From the IMG/VR virus record IMGVR_UViG_3300027754_000047, positions 65,473 through 129,472 of that record: a stretch of DNA of 64,000 nt; one strand, given 5' to 3'. Each line of letters begins with the position of its first letter. Within the stretch, counting starts at the first letter, position 1. The notes below the pieces were generated by a model, which saw only the letters and a program-made list of their open reading frames with translations, was not told the origin of the DNA and made no database searches. The translations under genes and the position numbers were made by a program. The DNA comes from a virus. Below, one piece after another: positions 56,197 to 64,000 of the stretch.

Positions 56197-56942
56197 TGGT
56201 TCCTCGCATTCAATGCAGCGTACTCATCCAGTTTACGGGCTAGGCCTGTTGTAAGTTGGCTTACTCGGCCTGGGCTCATCTTTAAGCGTAGGGCTATGTC
56301 ATTATTGCTTAGAATCTTCTTGCCGCCGTAACCCAATTTGTGCTCTAAGATTACTTGCTCCGGGCCGCTTACACTAGGGTACATGGTGGCAAGTACGTCT
56401 TGTTTAAACTTATCGGCATTAGCAGTGACAGTTAATTCTTGAGTGGTTACAGGATTTTCCCCTTTAAACGCATTGTAGTTTTCGGAGTAAGTCTTTTTAT
56501 CCAAGCCTCGAATCTTGGCAATCTGCTTAATGGAAAGGCTGGTCAAGTCGGCTAGTTCTAAGTCTGAAGGAGCTCTACCTTTATTCTCGTAGAAATCCCC
56601 CTCATGGCGCTTTAAAGCGCTTAGTTGTTGTAGGGTACGCTCAGGCATAGGACTAGGCGCCAAGTCCCTAGCGTAGCGGCTAAGGGGCTGCAATTGAGTG
56701 TAAACCCAGCTACGCAAACTAGAAGTAGATGTAGGATCGTAGTTCTTGATAGCCTTAACTGCCAACAACTTGGCTCGGCTCTTTACAGCTGGGCCAGAGT
56801 TAAGGCCCGAATAGGCATAAAGAGCCTTATCCATATCAGAGTTAAGGTACTCCAATAACGGAGCCATATCCCCAGCCTTTTGGGTTTTATTCCAAGTCTG
56901 GTACAGACTGTTTAAATCAGGGCTTTTAGGTAGAGGGTCCAT
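56193..56942 (-). CDS. Phage sigma-70-family RNA polymerase sigma factor
   Basis: Region 2 AVKAIKNYDP..SSLRSWVY; region 3 GRAPSDLELADLT; region 4 EQVILEHKLG..LSNNDIALRLKMSPGRVSQL. Confidence 0.85.
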   Translation of the reverse strand: MDPLPKSPDLNSLYQTWNKTQKAGDMAPLLEYLNSDMDKALYAYSGLNSGPAVKSRAKLLAVKAIKNYDPTSTSSLRSWVYTQLQPLSRYARDLAPSPMPERTLQQLSALKRHEGDFYENKGRAPSDLELADLTSLSIKQIAKIRGLDKKTYSENYNAFKGENPVTTQELTVTANADKFKQDVLATMYPSVSGPEQVILEHKLGYGGKKILSNNDIALRLKMSPGRVSQLTTGLARKLDEYAALNARNQ

Positions 56943-56954
56943 AAGGTTATTATA
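56943..56954 (-). promoter_or_regulatory. Putative leaderless -10 element (TATAAT, 6 nt before the sigma ATG)
   Basis: Minus strand reads TATAAT-aacctt-ATG(56942). Confidence 0.55.
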
Positions 56955-56959
56955 CTACT

Positions 56960-58543
56960 TTAGAGGACTAGCGGCTTTACTTCTTTATTATAAAACAGCG
57001 GGTGGTCTTGGCCTTCGGTTAGCCCAAACAGCTCAATATCGCTTTTATCAAATACGTGCTTTAGGCGGTAAACTGTATTTATTTTAGGAGCATCTCCGCC
57101 ATTAAGCAAATAGGTTACAGAATCTACCAGGCCCCGCTTAGCCCATTCTCCATCAGCAGCTAAGCCGGCTACATTAGGCTTTTTCCCAGTTAAACTTATG
57201 CAGTCGCCGGGAGCAATATCTAATCTAAACCCACAATTAATTTCTTGAGTTCTAGCCGAAAACAAACTGTCAAAATACTTAGCCTTTACCCAGGCATTGC
57301 AAAGCGCTCTACTATTTGTAGGCGTTAAAACGTTAGTAGCGCCAGTGCCACCAGTAGGGTTGGAGTCGGGTACTATACCTATACCGGACTTAAAGGTTTG
57401 ACCTTCAACGGCATGAGTAGCCAAGGACTTTAACCAAACAGGGCAATACATTGTTAAAAACGGCCCATCTGTGTAATCTTGGGCTGGGGCTACAAACTGC
57501 CCTAGAAAACTGGCGTCGACAATGCCGGAGTCTGGGTTAATTAAACCTCGTTCGTTAGCTATGCCGTGCAGGATTGCGCCCCTAGGTAACACTGCGGGAT
57601 TGCTGCTATTAGGGCCGAAGTCAAACTCCGATTCAGGTAAGATGTAGTCAACCGGAGCCGTTGGACTATAGGCCATTAAAGTACATTCATTTAATCTAGG
57701 AGCTAAAGCTAGGTTAAAGGTCTGGGCAATGGTTAGGATTTTCTCAAAAGCACTAGAGCCGCCTGTAGCACTAAATACCACATCCGCCAAGGTATCTCTA
57801 ATAGAAGTAAAAGTACTAATGGCTCCATCCATGCCGGTAACTGCTGCAGGGGCTAGTTTTAGTTTGCCTGCAGCAGTTATGCGTTTTAATGCTGCTACGC
57901 CCTTTGGGTTTTGGTTTACGGTAACCTTAAAGCCTCTTAGTTTTTGCTCAAAGTGGTAAATCATACCTGGCTGTAGAACATCGTCCCACCAGTCTTTAGT
58001 CTGTAAGTCTCCAGGAGCTAGTTCCTTATCTAGTGCTAGCCAAAAGGGATTTAAACTACCCATTACGCTGCGGGTAGGTTCTGGCATGAACCAATCTTGG
58101 GGCGCATTCTTAGTAAAATTGCCGGAAGCAAATGAAGCTGTGTCTAGGTCTATTAACCAGTGAAACAAGGCTATACTAGTAGAAACTCCGTTGACTCCGA
58201 ACTGCACCGACTTAGCGCCTAAGTAACCGTCAAAGATAACTTGTTCCGTTATGTCAGTTAAGGGAGTAGCTGTAGACCTTATGGGGTGAGGGCGCCCTAC
58301 TCCAGTGACTATAATCTGAGCTGGCAGCTTACCTTTAAGGTCTTCATCAGTAAATATATCAGTAGCTACTCCACCGTTAGGAGTCATTTTTAATCCTGAA
58401 GGTACTATTACTTGAGCTACCGGGATTTGATTCAAAGTGTATTCGATCATTCCTGAAATGATCGGTACCTTCTTTCCCTTTATAACCAACCAAGCCTTTA
58501 TACTGTAGGCTGCGTGTTTTGGGTTTAGGGAATAACTAGGCAT
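56960..58543 (-). CDS. Putative baseplate hub protein (gp27/GPD-like)
   Basis: YTLNQIPVAQV, VIFDGY, C-terminal RTQEINCGFRLDIAPGD..GLVDSVTY; position after the tape-measure-like gene. Confidence 0.6.
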   Translation of the reverse strand: MPSYSLNPKHAAYSIKAWLVIKGKKVPIISGMIEYTLNQIPVAQVIVPSGLKMTPNGGVATDIFTDEDLKGKLPAQIIVTGVGRPHPIRSTATPLTDITEQVIFDGYLGAKSVQFGVNGVSTSIALFHWLIDLDTASFASGNFTKNAPQDWFMPEPTRSVMGSLNPFWLALDKELAPGDLQTKDWWDDVLQPGMIYHFEQKLRGFKVTVNQNPKGVAALKRITAAGKLKLAPAAVTGMDGAISTFTSIRDTLADVVFSATGGSSAFEKILTIAQTFNLALAPRLNECTLMAYSPTAPVDYILPESEFDFGPNSSNPAVLPRGAILHGIANERGLINPDSGIVDASFLGQFVAPAQDYTDGPFLTMYCPVWLKSLATHAVEGQTFKSGIGIVPDSNPTGGTGATNVLTPTNSRALCNAWVKAKYFDSLFSARTQEINCGFRLDIAPGDCISLTGKKPNVAGLAADGEWAKRGLVDSVTYLLNGGDAPKINTVYRLKHVFDKSDIELFGLTEGQDHPLFYNKEVKPLVL

Positions 58544-59280
58544 TAGCTCGCATCCAGTGCTAGTAAGAATGCAGCAATCGTGTCTTCCACAGGAGTATCC
58601 TTATTCATAGCTGCGGCATATAATGGCTTATTATAAGTTAGTTGCTGGATAAAATCCCCGTTAGCTAAAATGGCATCTCGAATAGGTACGCAATTACCTG
58701 AGTACGGCAACACAATTTTGATTGTACCTGTCATACTGGTACCGCCAGGCATTCCGTTGAGTACTTGTAACAAGTAGCCTGAGTCTTCTAATGGCACGCT
58801 GCTGGTGTTACCTTGGGTAACGTTAAAGCTTGCATTGTAGCCCAAGGCATTGCTTAACGTAAAATCGTTGGTAGTGCCTGTCAAGTCATACGTCCAAAGT
58901 AAACGAGAGTATTCGGTTTGGGTTTGAGCTACTATGCCGCTAAGTGTAACTAAGGGGGTACTGCTGGTGGCAGTAAAACCTACTGGCGTAGCTACTAATG
59001 GCTCGACTAACCAAGTGCTTGCTAAAGTACTACGCCACTTGGCTGCGGCGGCGAATCTACTATTACGCAAGATGTAATCTAAATGGCGAATTCTAGCTGC
59101 TACAAACTCGGCGTTACCGGTTAGTTCTAATATATTTGCAGCTTGGCGCAAGTAATCCTGGTTAGTAGTATTAAGGCCGTTACTCGTTAATGGAATACCT
59201 AGTGCCCCTTGTTTAGCCGTAATGTACGGTTGCAGCTTTGCAAAAGGGCTATCTACTAATAAAGTAGGATCTGTGGTCAT
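58543..59280 (-). CDS. Hypothetical tail-region protein
   Basis: 245 aa, coupled on both sides. Confidence 0.6.
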   Translation of the reverse strand: MTTDPTLLVDSPFAKLQPYITAKQGALGIPLTSNGLNTTNQDYLRQAANILELTGNAEFVAARIRHLDYILRNSRFAAAAKWRSTLASTWLVEPLVATPVGFTATSSTPLVTLSGIVAQTQTEYSRLLWTYDLTGTTNDFTLSNALGYNASFNVTQGNTSSVPLEDSGYLLQVLNGMPGGTSMTGTIKIVLPYSGNCVPIRDAILANGDFIQQLTYNKPLYAAAMNKDTPVEDTIAAFLLALDAS

Positions 59281-59777
59281 GCGGCCTCCTCCGGCATAAT
59301 AGCCAATACCAAACTAAATGCAGCAGAACCAAACATATTGGCCTCGTTAGTTATATTGACTTGCATGTCTTCTAGAAAGCCTGCAAGTACCGTATTACCT
59401 ATACTAATTTTAATAGGCTTAGATACGTTTTCAAAAGTGGAAGCTTTGTTGCTGTTGTAGAATTCCATTAATTTTTTTACATTTGAGTATTCGTCGGCAG
59501 CACCGGCAGCACCGCATTTCGGGAATACGGTGCCGGTTACAATACACTTACCTACCTTATTACCTAAAGGGTATACGTAGATTGATTCAGATAAAGTATT
59601 GAAATAGGCAACTCGCGCTCCTTGGCTCATAGCTATACCGGTTATAAGAATACCTACCCCGTTGGGGTCCACTAGGTGGCCGTTCTTACCTTCCACTTTA
59701 ATGCCCACCAATAGAGCTGGAGCTCCAGTAGTGTATTTGGCAGCGCCTCCTGAGGATACAAATAAATTAGTTGCCAT
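59277..59777 (-). CDS. Putative tail tube-fold / tube initiator protein
   Basis: YFNTLSESIYVYPLGNKVGKCIVTG...LAGFLEDMQV; directly after the tape-measure-like gene. Confidence 0.5.
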   Translation of the reverse strand: MATNLFVSSGGAAKYTTGAPALLVGIKVEGKNGHLVDPNGVGILITGIAMSQGARVAYFNTLSESIYVYPLGNKVGKCIVTGTVFPKCGAAGAADEYSNVKKLMEFYNSNKASTFENVSKPIKISIGNTVLAGFLEDMQVNITNEANMFGSAAFSLVLAIMPEEAA

Positions 59778-59788
59778 ATGTTTCCTAT

Positions 59789-62700
59789 TTAACTAAAGAC
59801 GTTAGCTAAGTTAGTTTGAATTCCGCATAAGACGTCTTTCATTTGCGCTAAGGTAACAGACTGAGCTTCTATTGCTGTTTGAAAGCCCCTATCCATATTC
59901 ACATTTACTGTAACGGGCGTAGGAGCTGCCACCTTAGATGCTGCTGCTGCTGTTGCTGCTGCGTCAGCTCCATTTGCTGCAGCTCCCTTTGCGGCTTCTT
60001 CTCTTGCTGTATTGCTTTCTAGACTCTGTAGTTCCGCTTTATCTTCAGAGCTTTTGTTACCTGAGGCTTTAGTAGTTGTTTGTAGTTGGGCTTTTTCGCT
60101 TTTTAGTATTGCTAATTGTTGCCGCTTTTCTTGTGTATCAGCGTTACCTATGTTCTTTATATCGTCATCTACTCTTACCAACGCATCGACCCTAAACTTA
60201 TCTACTTCCTCATAAGAAATACCGCCCAGCGCACCCACCATCTCAGGTAAGCTTAGGCCTTTCTCATCAACGGTCGCTTTTGCTGCATCTTTTGCTGCTT
60301 GGTTAGGCTTGCCGTCAGTATCCCGGTACTTTGCATCTGTTGTGGCCAATCTTTTAGCTTCTGCTTCTACAGCTGCTGTAGTGGCTTGGGCCCAACCGGC
60401 TGTTAATGCAGCATCTGCACTACCCGTTGTGGCTGGTTTAAATCTGTCTTGTAATTTTCTTTTTACGTTAACAGTAGCTTTAGCTGCTACCTCAGCATTA
60501 GTTAGGCCTGTTTGTTGAATTTCTAGTTCTTCCGCAATGCGAGTTTTTAGCAGGCCTTGCTTAGCTGTGTCGTCTCCTACTAAACCGGTCACAGTATCCT
60601 TTACAGCAATAAATTTGTTAATACTTTCATCACTCATGCCTGCTTTTTTCATAGCAGCTCTGACCGCATCTCCGCCTCGCACATTAATTGCATGTTGAAT
60701 GCCTAACATGCCTTGGCCACTAATCCCTAATGCATCTTCTGCGGCACTAACTGCTTGAGTTCTGGCTGACTCTGACTCATCTCTCATTTGGACAGCTAAG
60801 GCTCGCTCAAGTGCGCCACCTACACTAAGGTTCTTGTCTGTTGCAAACCTAAGTAATACATCAGAAGTGCTTTCACTGACGGCTTTAGCTATATTAGTTG
60901 GGTTAAGGTAGGGATCCATGTCTACCCCTTTATCTGCAAATAAGCTACGCACTGCTCCTATTTCTACAGTTTCATTGTTCTTGAATGCCTTTATTTGAGC
61001 TTGAACTGCGGGGTCATTTGCATCAAGGATTCCGCTGGCTATTCCTCGTTGCATAGCGGAGTAAGCAATCACGTCATCATTCTCTAGGGCTTTCTGCATA
61101 ATACCGCCCGATAAGGCCAACGATTGCGCAGTCGTAATGGGAGTGCCGCCGGTATTTCTACTAAGCGCTACTCTAGCCAACGCATCTTCAGTCAAAGCTA
61201 AAGAACCAGATCCGGTCATACCCAGGTTGCTAAGCATTTGGGTAGCGGTGGTGGCCACAGCCATTACACCCTTAGTATCCACGCCGGCTAAGCGGCCCAC
61301 TTCTACCGCTTCTTCTAGTTGTTGCATCAAGGTAACGCCGCCACGGCGTTGCGCTTCTACTTGTAAGAAAGTGGCTCGCTCTTCAGCTCCCAAAGGCCTA
61401 TCTATGCGCTTTTCTTCAGCTCGTACTAAATCATCCCCTACTGTAGAGCCTGATTTAGTAACAGCGTTAAGCGCAGCGACGCCACGGAGTTGCGCTGCTT
61501 CTTTTAAGAAAGCGGCTCGCTCTGCAGGATCCAAAGACTTTTTTGTGCGTGTTTCTTCAGCTGTTACTAAATCATCCCCTACTGTAGAGCCTGGAGTACT
61601 AACAGCGTTAAGCTCAGCGACGCCACGGAGTTGCGCTGCTTCTTTTAAGAAAGCGGCTCGATCTGCCTCCTCCAAAGGCTTATTTGTGCGTTTTTCTTGA
61701 GCTTTTACTAAATCATTCCCTACTGTAGAGGCTGTAGTACTAACAGCGTTAAACCCTCTGGTAGCTGTGTCTGCCGCCCTACTTAGTTCTTCGTTGAGTC
61801 CGCCGCCATATACTCCTTGTAAATTTTGTATTACGTCTTTTACGTTTATACCCATGCGGCGGCCAACCTTAGCCACTTCACTCATGCCTTCCATCTGCAG
61901 CAGCATTGCCTTTTCCATCTGCTTAACGTCTTCTGTGCCTAGAGCCCCAAAGATGTCGACTCCGCCAGTGCTAACCAGGCCGCTGCGACTTAGTTCACCC
62001 ATTAGGTTGCCAGACTTAGCAAAACCTGAATCGCTTAAGGATGTATACGGGTTGTAGCTTGCCTTAGGGTCTGTAGTGTTTATGCGCCCGGCTAACGCCG
62101 CTGTTAGCTGTTCTGCGGCATTAATGCGCCGGCCGGGATTATTAGGGTCAGGTTCGGTGGAAGTTAAAGCAAGGTTACCTATGCCGCCTATGGTTTGGGC
62201 AGTGCCCATCATAAACTTTGCTTTGTTCTCTTCCAGCATAAACACATTGCTTATGAGATCTCCTAAGCTTTGAATACCTGCGGTTTCTCCGGCTGAGCCA
62301 CCCGTGAAGCTTGACAACATTTCTGCTGCACTTAACAAGCCAGTGCTCATGCGGCCTCTATCTAAGGCTCCCTGTACAATAGACCCAACCAACTTATCCT
62401 TATATTTAAGCTGCATAGCAGCTTTTGCTTCATCGTCAGTAGCGGCTGCTTGTAATGCCTTATACTCCGGAGACTTTTCAAACTCGTCATCCACCTTAGA
62501 ACCAAAAATATCCATTTCATTAAACAGGTTAAAAGCTATTTTAAATGAACGCTCTTGGCCTCGCATTTTTAATACATTTTTAAAACCAACTGTTTTACCT
62601 AAGTTTGGATTGGCTGCCATATCGCTAGGCAAGGCTTCTAACGGATCTACTCCGTTAGGGTGGTAAGCTTTCTGCTGCTGTTGCTTTAGCTCTTCTTTGT

Positions 62701-64000
62701 AAAGGTCTGAGGCCTCCTGCATAATAGACTCAACCGACTTATGATTATATTGAAGCTTCATAGCAGCTTTTGCTTCAGCGTCAGTAGTGGCTGCTTGTAA
62801 TTCAGCATACTCCGGAGAGTTTTCAAAGCCTTCATTCGCATCTCTAAACAGGTTAGCCCCATGAAATGAACGTTGCATTTTTAATACATTTTTAAGGTCA
62901 GTTGTTTTAAATAAGTTTGGCTTGTCTACCATATCGGGCATAGCTTCTAACGGACCTGCTTCGTTAAGGTAGTAAGCTTGCTGCTTTTGCTTTAGCTGGT
63001 CGTTGAAACGTTCTGAGGCCTCCTGCATAATAGACTCAACCGACTTATGATTATATTGAAGCTTCATAGCAGCTTTTGCTTCATCGTCAGTAGTGGCTGC
63101 TTGTAATGCAGCGTACTGCTCAGACTGTTCAAAGCCTTCATTCGCATCTCTAAACAGGTTAGCCCCATGAAATGAACGTTGCATTTTTAATACATTTTTA
63201 AAACCAACTGTTTTACCTAAGTTTGGATTGGCTGCCATATCGCTAGGCAAGGCTTCTAACGGATCTACTCCGTTAGGGTGGTAAGCTTTCTGCTGCTGTT
63301 GCTTTAGCTGGTCGTTGAAACGTTCTGAGGCCTCCTGTAAAATAGACGCAACCGACTCACCATTATACGTACCCCCCATAGCAGCTTTTGCTTCAGCTTC
63401 AGTATTGGCTTCTTGTAATGCCTTATACTCCTGAGAGTTTTCAAAGCCTGCATTCGCTCCTCTAAACAGGCTAACCCCCTTATATGAACGTTGCATTTTT
63501 AATGCATTTCTAAGGTCAGTTGTTTTAAATAAGTTTGGATTGTCTGCCATATCGGGCATAGCTTCTAACGCATCTGCTCCGTTAGGGGAGTAATCTTGCT
63601 GCTGCTGTTGCTTTAGCTCTTCTATGTAAAGGTCTGAGGCCTCCTGTACAATAGACGCAACCGGCCTATCCTTATACTTACCCCCCATAGCAGCTATTGC
63701 TTTAGCGTCAGTATCGGCTGCTTGTAATGCCTTATACTCCTCAGAGTTTTCAAAGTCTGCATTCGCTCCTCTAAACAGGCTAACCCCCTTAGATGAACGT
63801 TGCATTTTTAATACATTTCTAAGGTCAGTTATTTTAAATAAGTTTGGATTTTCTTTCATATCGCTAGGCAAGACTTCTAACGGACCTGCTCCGTTAAGGT
63901 CAGCTATTCCTATCGATTGGTAGTACTCTTGCAGTTGCTTTTGCTGTTCGTTGTAAAGGTCTACTGCAGCTCTATTTTCAAACGAAATAGGCAAACTAGT
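59789..64000 (-). CDS. Tape-measure-like protein with long tandem repeats, 5' end beyond the window
   Basis: Frame open to the window edge (ACT AGT TTG...); >1400 aa, Ala/Gly/Gln-rich and helical; upstream of hub/baseplate genes. Confidence 0.7.
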   Translation of the reverse strand, partial: TSLPISFENRAAVDLYNEQQKQLQEYYQSIGIADLNGAGPLEVLPSDMKENPNLFKITDLRNVLKMQRSSKGVSLFRGANADFENSEEYKALQAADTDAKAIAAMGGKYKDRPVASIVQEASDLYIEELKQQQQQDYSPNGADALEAMPDMADNPNLFKTTDLRNALKMQRSYKGVSLFRGANAGFENSQEYKALQEANTEAEAKAAMGGTYNGESVASILQEASERFNDQLKQQQQKAYHPNGVDPLEALPSDMAANPNLGKTVGFKNVLKMQRSFHGANLFRDANEGFEQSEQYAALQAATTDDEAKAAMKLQYNHKSVESIMQEASERFNDQLKQKQQAYYLNEAGPLEAMPDMVDKPNLFKTTDLKNVLKMQRSFHGANLFRDANEGFENSPEYAELQAATTDAEAKAAMKLQYNHKSVESIMQEASDLYKEELKQQQQKAYHPNGVDPLEALPSDMAANPNLGKTVGFKNVLKMRGQERSFKIAFNLFNEMDIFGSKVDDEFEKSPEYKALQAAATDDEAKAAMQLKYKDKLVGSIVQGALDRGRMSTGLLSAAEMLSSFTGGSAGETAGIQSLGDLISNVFMLEENKAKFMMGTAQTIGGIGNLALTSTEPDPNNPGRRINAAEQLTAALAGRINTTDPKASYNPYTSLSDSGFAKSGNLMGELSRSGLVSTGGVDIFGALGTEDVKQMEKAMLLQMEGMSEVAKVGRRMGINVKDVIQNLQGVYGGGLNEELSRAADTATRGFNAVSTTASTVGNDLVKAQEKRTNKPLEEADRAAFLKEAAQLRGVAELNAVSTPGSTVGDDLVTAEETRTKKSLDPAERAAFLKEAAQLRGVAALNAVTKSGSTVGDDLVRAEEKRIDRPLGAEERATFLQVEAQRRGGVTLMQQLEEAVEVGRLAGVDTKGVMAVATTATQMLSNLGMTGSGSLALTEDALARVALSRNTGGTPITTAQSLALSGGIMQKALENDDVIAYSAMQRGIASGILDANDPAVQAQIKAFKNNETVEIGAVRSLFADKGVDMDPYLNPTNIAKAVSESTSDVLLRFATDKNLSVGGALERALAVQMRDESESARTQAVSAAEDALGISGQGMLGIQHAINVRGGDAVRAAMKKAGMSDESINKFIAVKDTVTGLVGDDTAKQGLLKTRIAEELEIQQTGLTNAEVAAKATVNVKRKLQDRFKPATTGSADAALTAGWAQATTAAVEAEAKRLATTDAKYRDTDGKPNQAAKDAAKATVDEKGLSLPEMVGALGGISYEEVDKFRVDALVRVDDDIKNIGNADTQEKRQQLAILKSEKAQLQTTTKASGNKSSEDKAELQSLESNTAREEAAKGAAANGADAAATAAAASKVAAPTPVTVNVNMDRGFQTAIEAQSVTLAQMKDVLCGIQTNLANVFS
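61340..61752 (-). repeat. Three tandem 141-bp (47-aa) coding repeats
   Basis: aacagcgttaa anchors at 61460, 61601 and 61742; unit NAVxxxxSTVGxDLV...RAAFLKEAAQLRG. Confidence 0.9.
62360..63960 (-). repeat. Five tandem ~306-312-bp (~102-104 aa) coding repeats
   Basis: KQQQQ unit starts near 63613, 63304, 62992 and 62686; unit contains PLEAxP.DM..NPNL.KT...NVLKMQRS...EAKAAM...SIxQEAS. Confidence 0.92.

Noticed and set aside
62360-63960. Long repeats as a CRISPR array or DGR template/variable repeats
   Set aside because: They are in-frame coding repeats without unique spacers, the mismatches are not adenine-restricted, and no cas or reverse transcriptase gene is seen.
1-64000. Stop-codon reassignment, tRNA or rRNA genes
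   Set aside because: Genes are full length and tightly packed under the standard code, with TAA, TAG and TGA all used as stops. No cloverleaf-like sequence was seen in the few intergenic gaps.

Overview
The whole window is a densely coded segment of a large lytic dsDNA tailed phage (contractile-tail, jumbo-like). It uses the standard genetic code and most genes lie on the minus strand. From left to right: (1) nucleotide metabolism (partial class II ribonucleotide reductase, ThyX, DUF5664-type dNTP diphosphohydrolase), with a stray tail-fibre-like gene and a degenerate E1/ThiF gene; (2) replication and recombination (RecA-like, probable SSB, family A DNA polymerase with a UDG-like N-terminus, TOPRIM primase, DnaB-like helicase, SF2 helicase, SbcC/SbcD); (3) a GpA-type terminase large subunit and a degenerate primase/helicase-like gene; (4) a plus-strand block of putative virion-internal and accessory genes; (5) a long tail/baseplate block with Cys-rich proteins, a DUF6734-like glycosyltransferase, five paralogous tail-module genes, baseplate J/gp25/hub, an embedded sigma factor and a repeat-rich tape-measure-like gene running off the right edge. 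Planctomycete-style dockerin repeats and the E1 type suggest a Planctomycetota host (inference). The best candidates for new biology are a shared MIKxANNLxNLVxKQA leader with AATGATTAAA junction stubs flanking foreign-looking genes, an apparently inactive E1 beside a tail fibre, two paralogous trypsin-like proteases (one fused to a tail protein), and a Cys-rich protein/CxxC protein/glycosyltransferase unit. All family assignments come from reading motifs by eye; no database searches were run.
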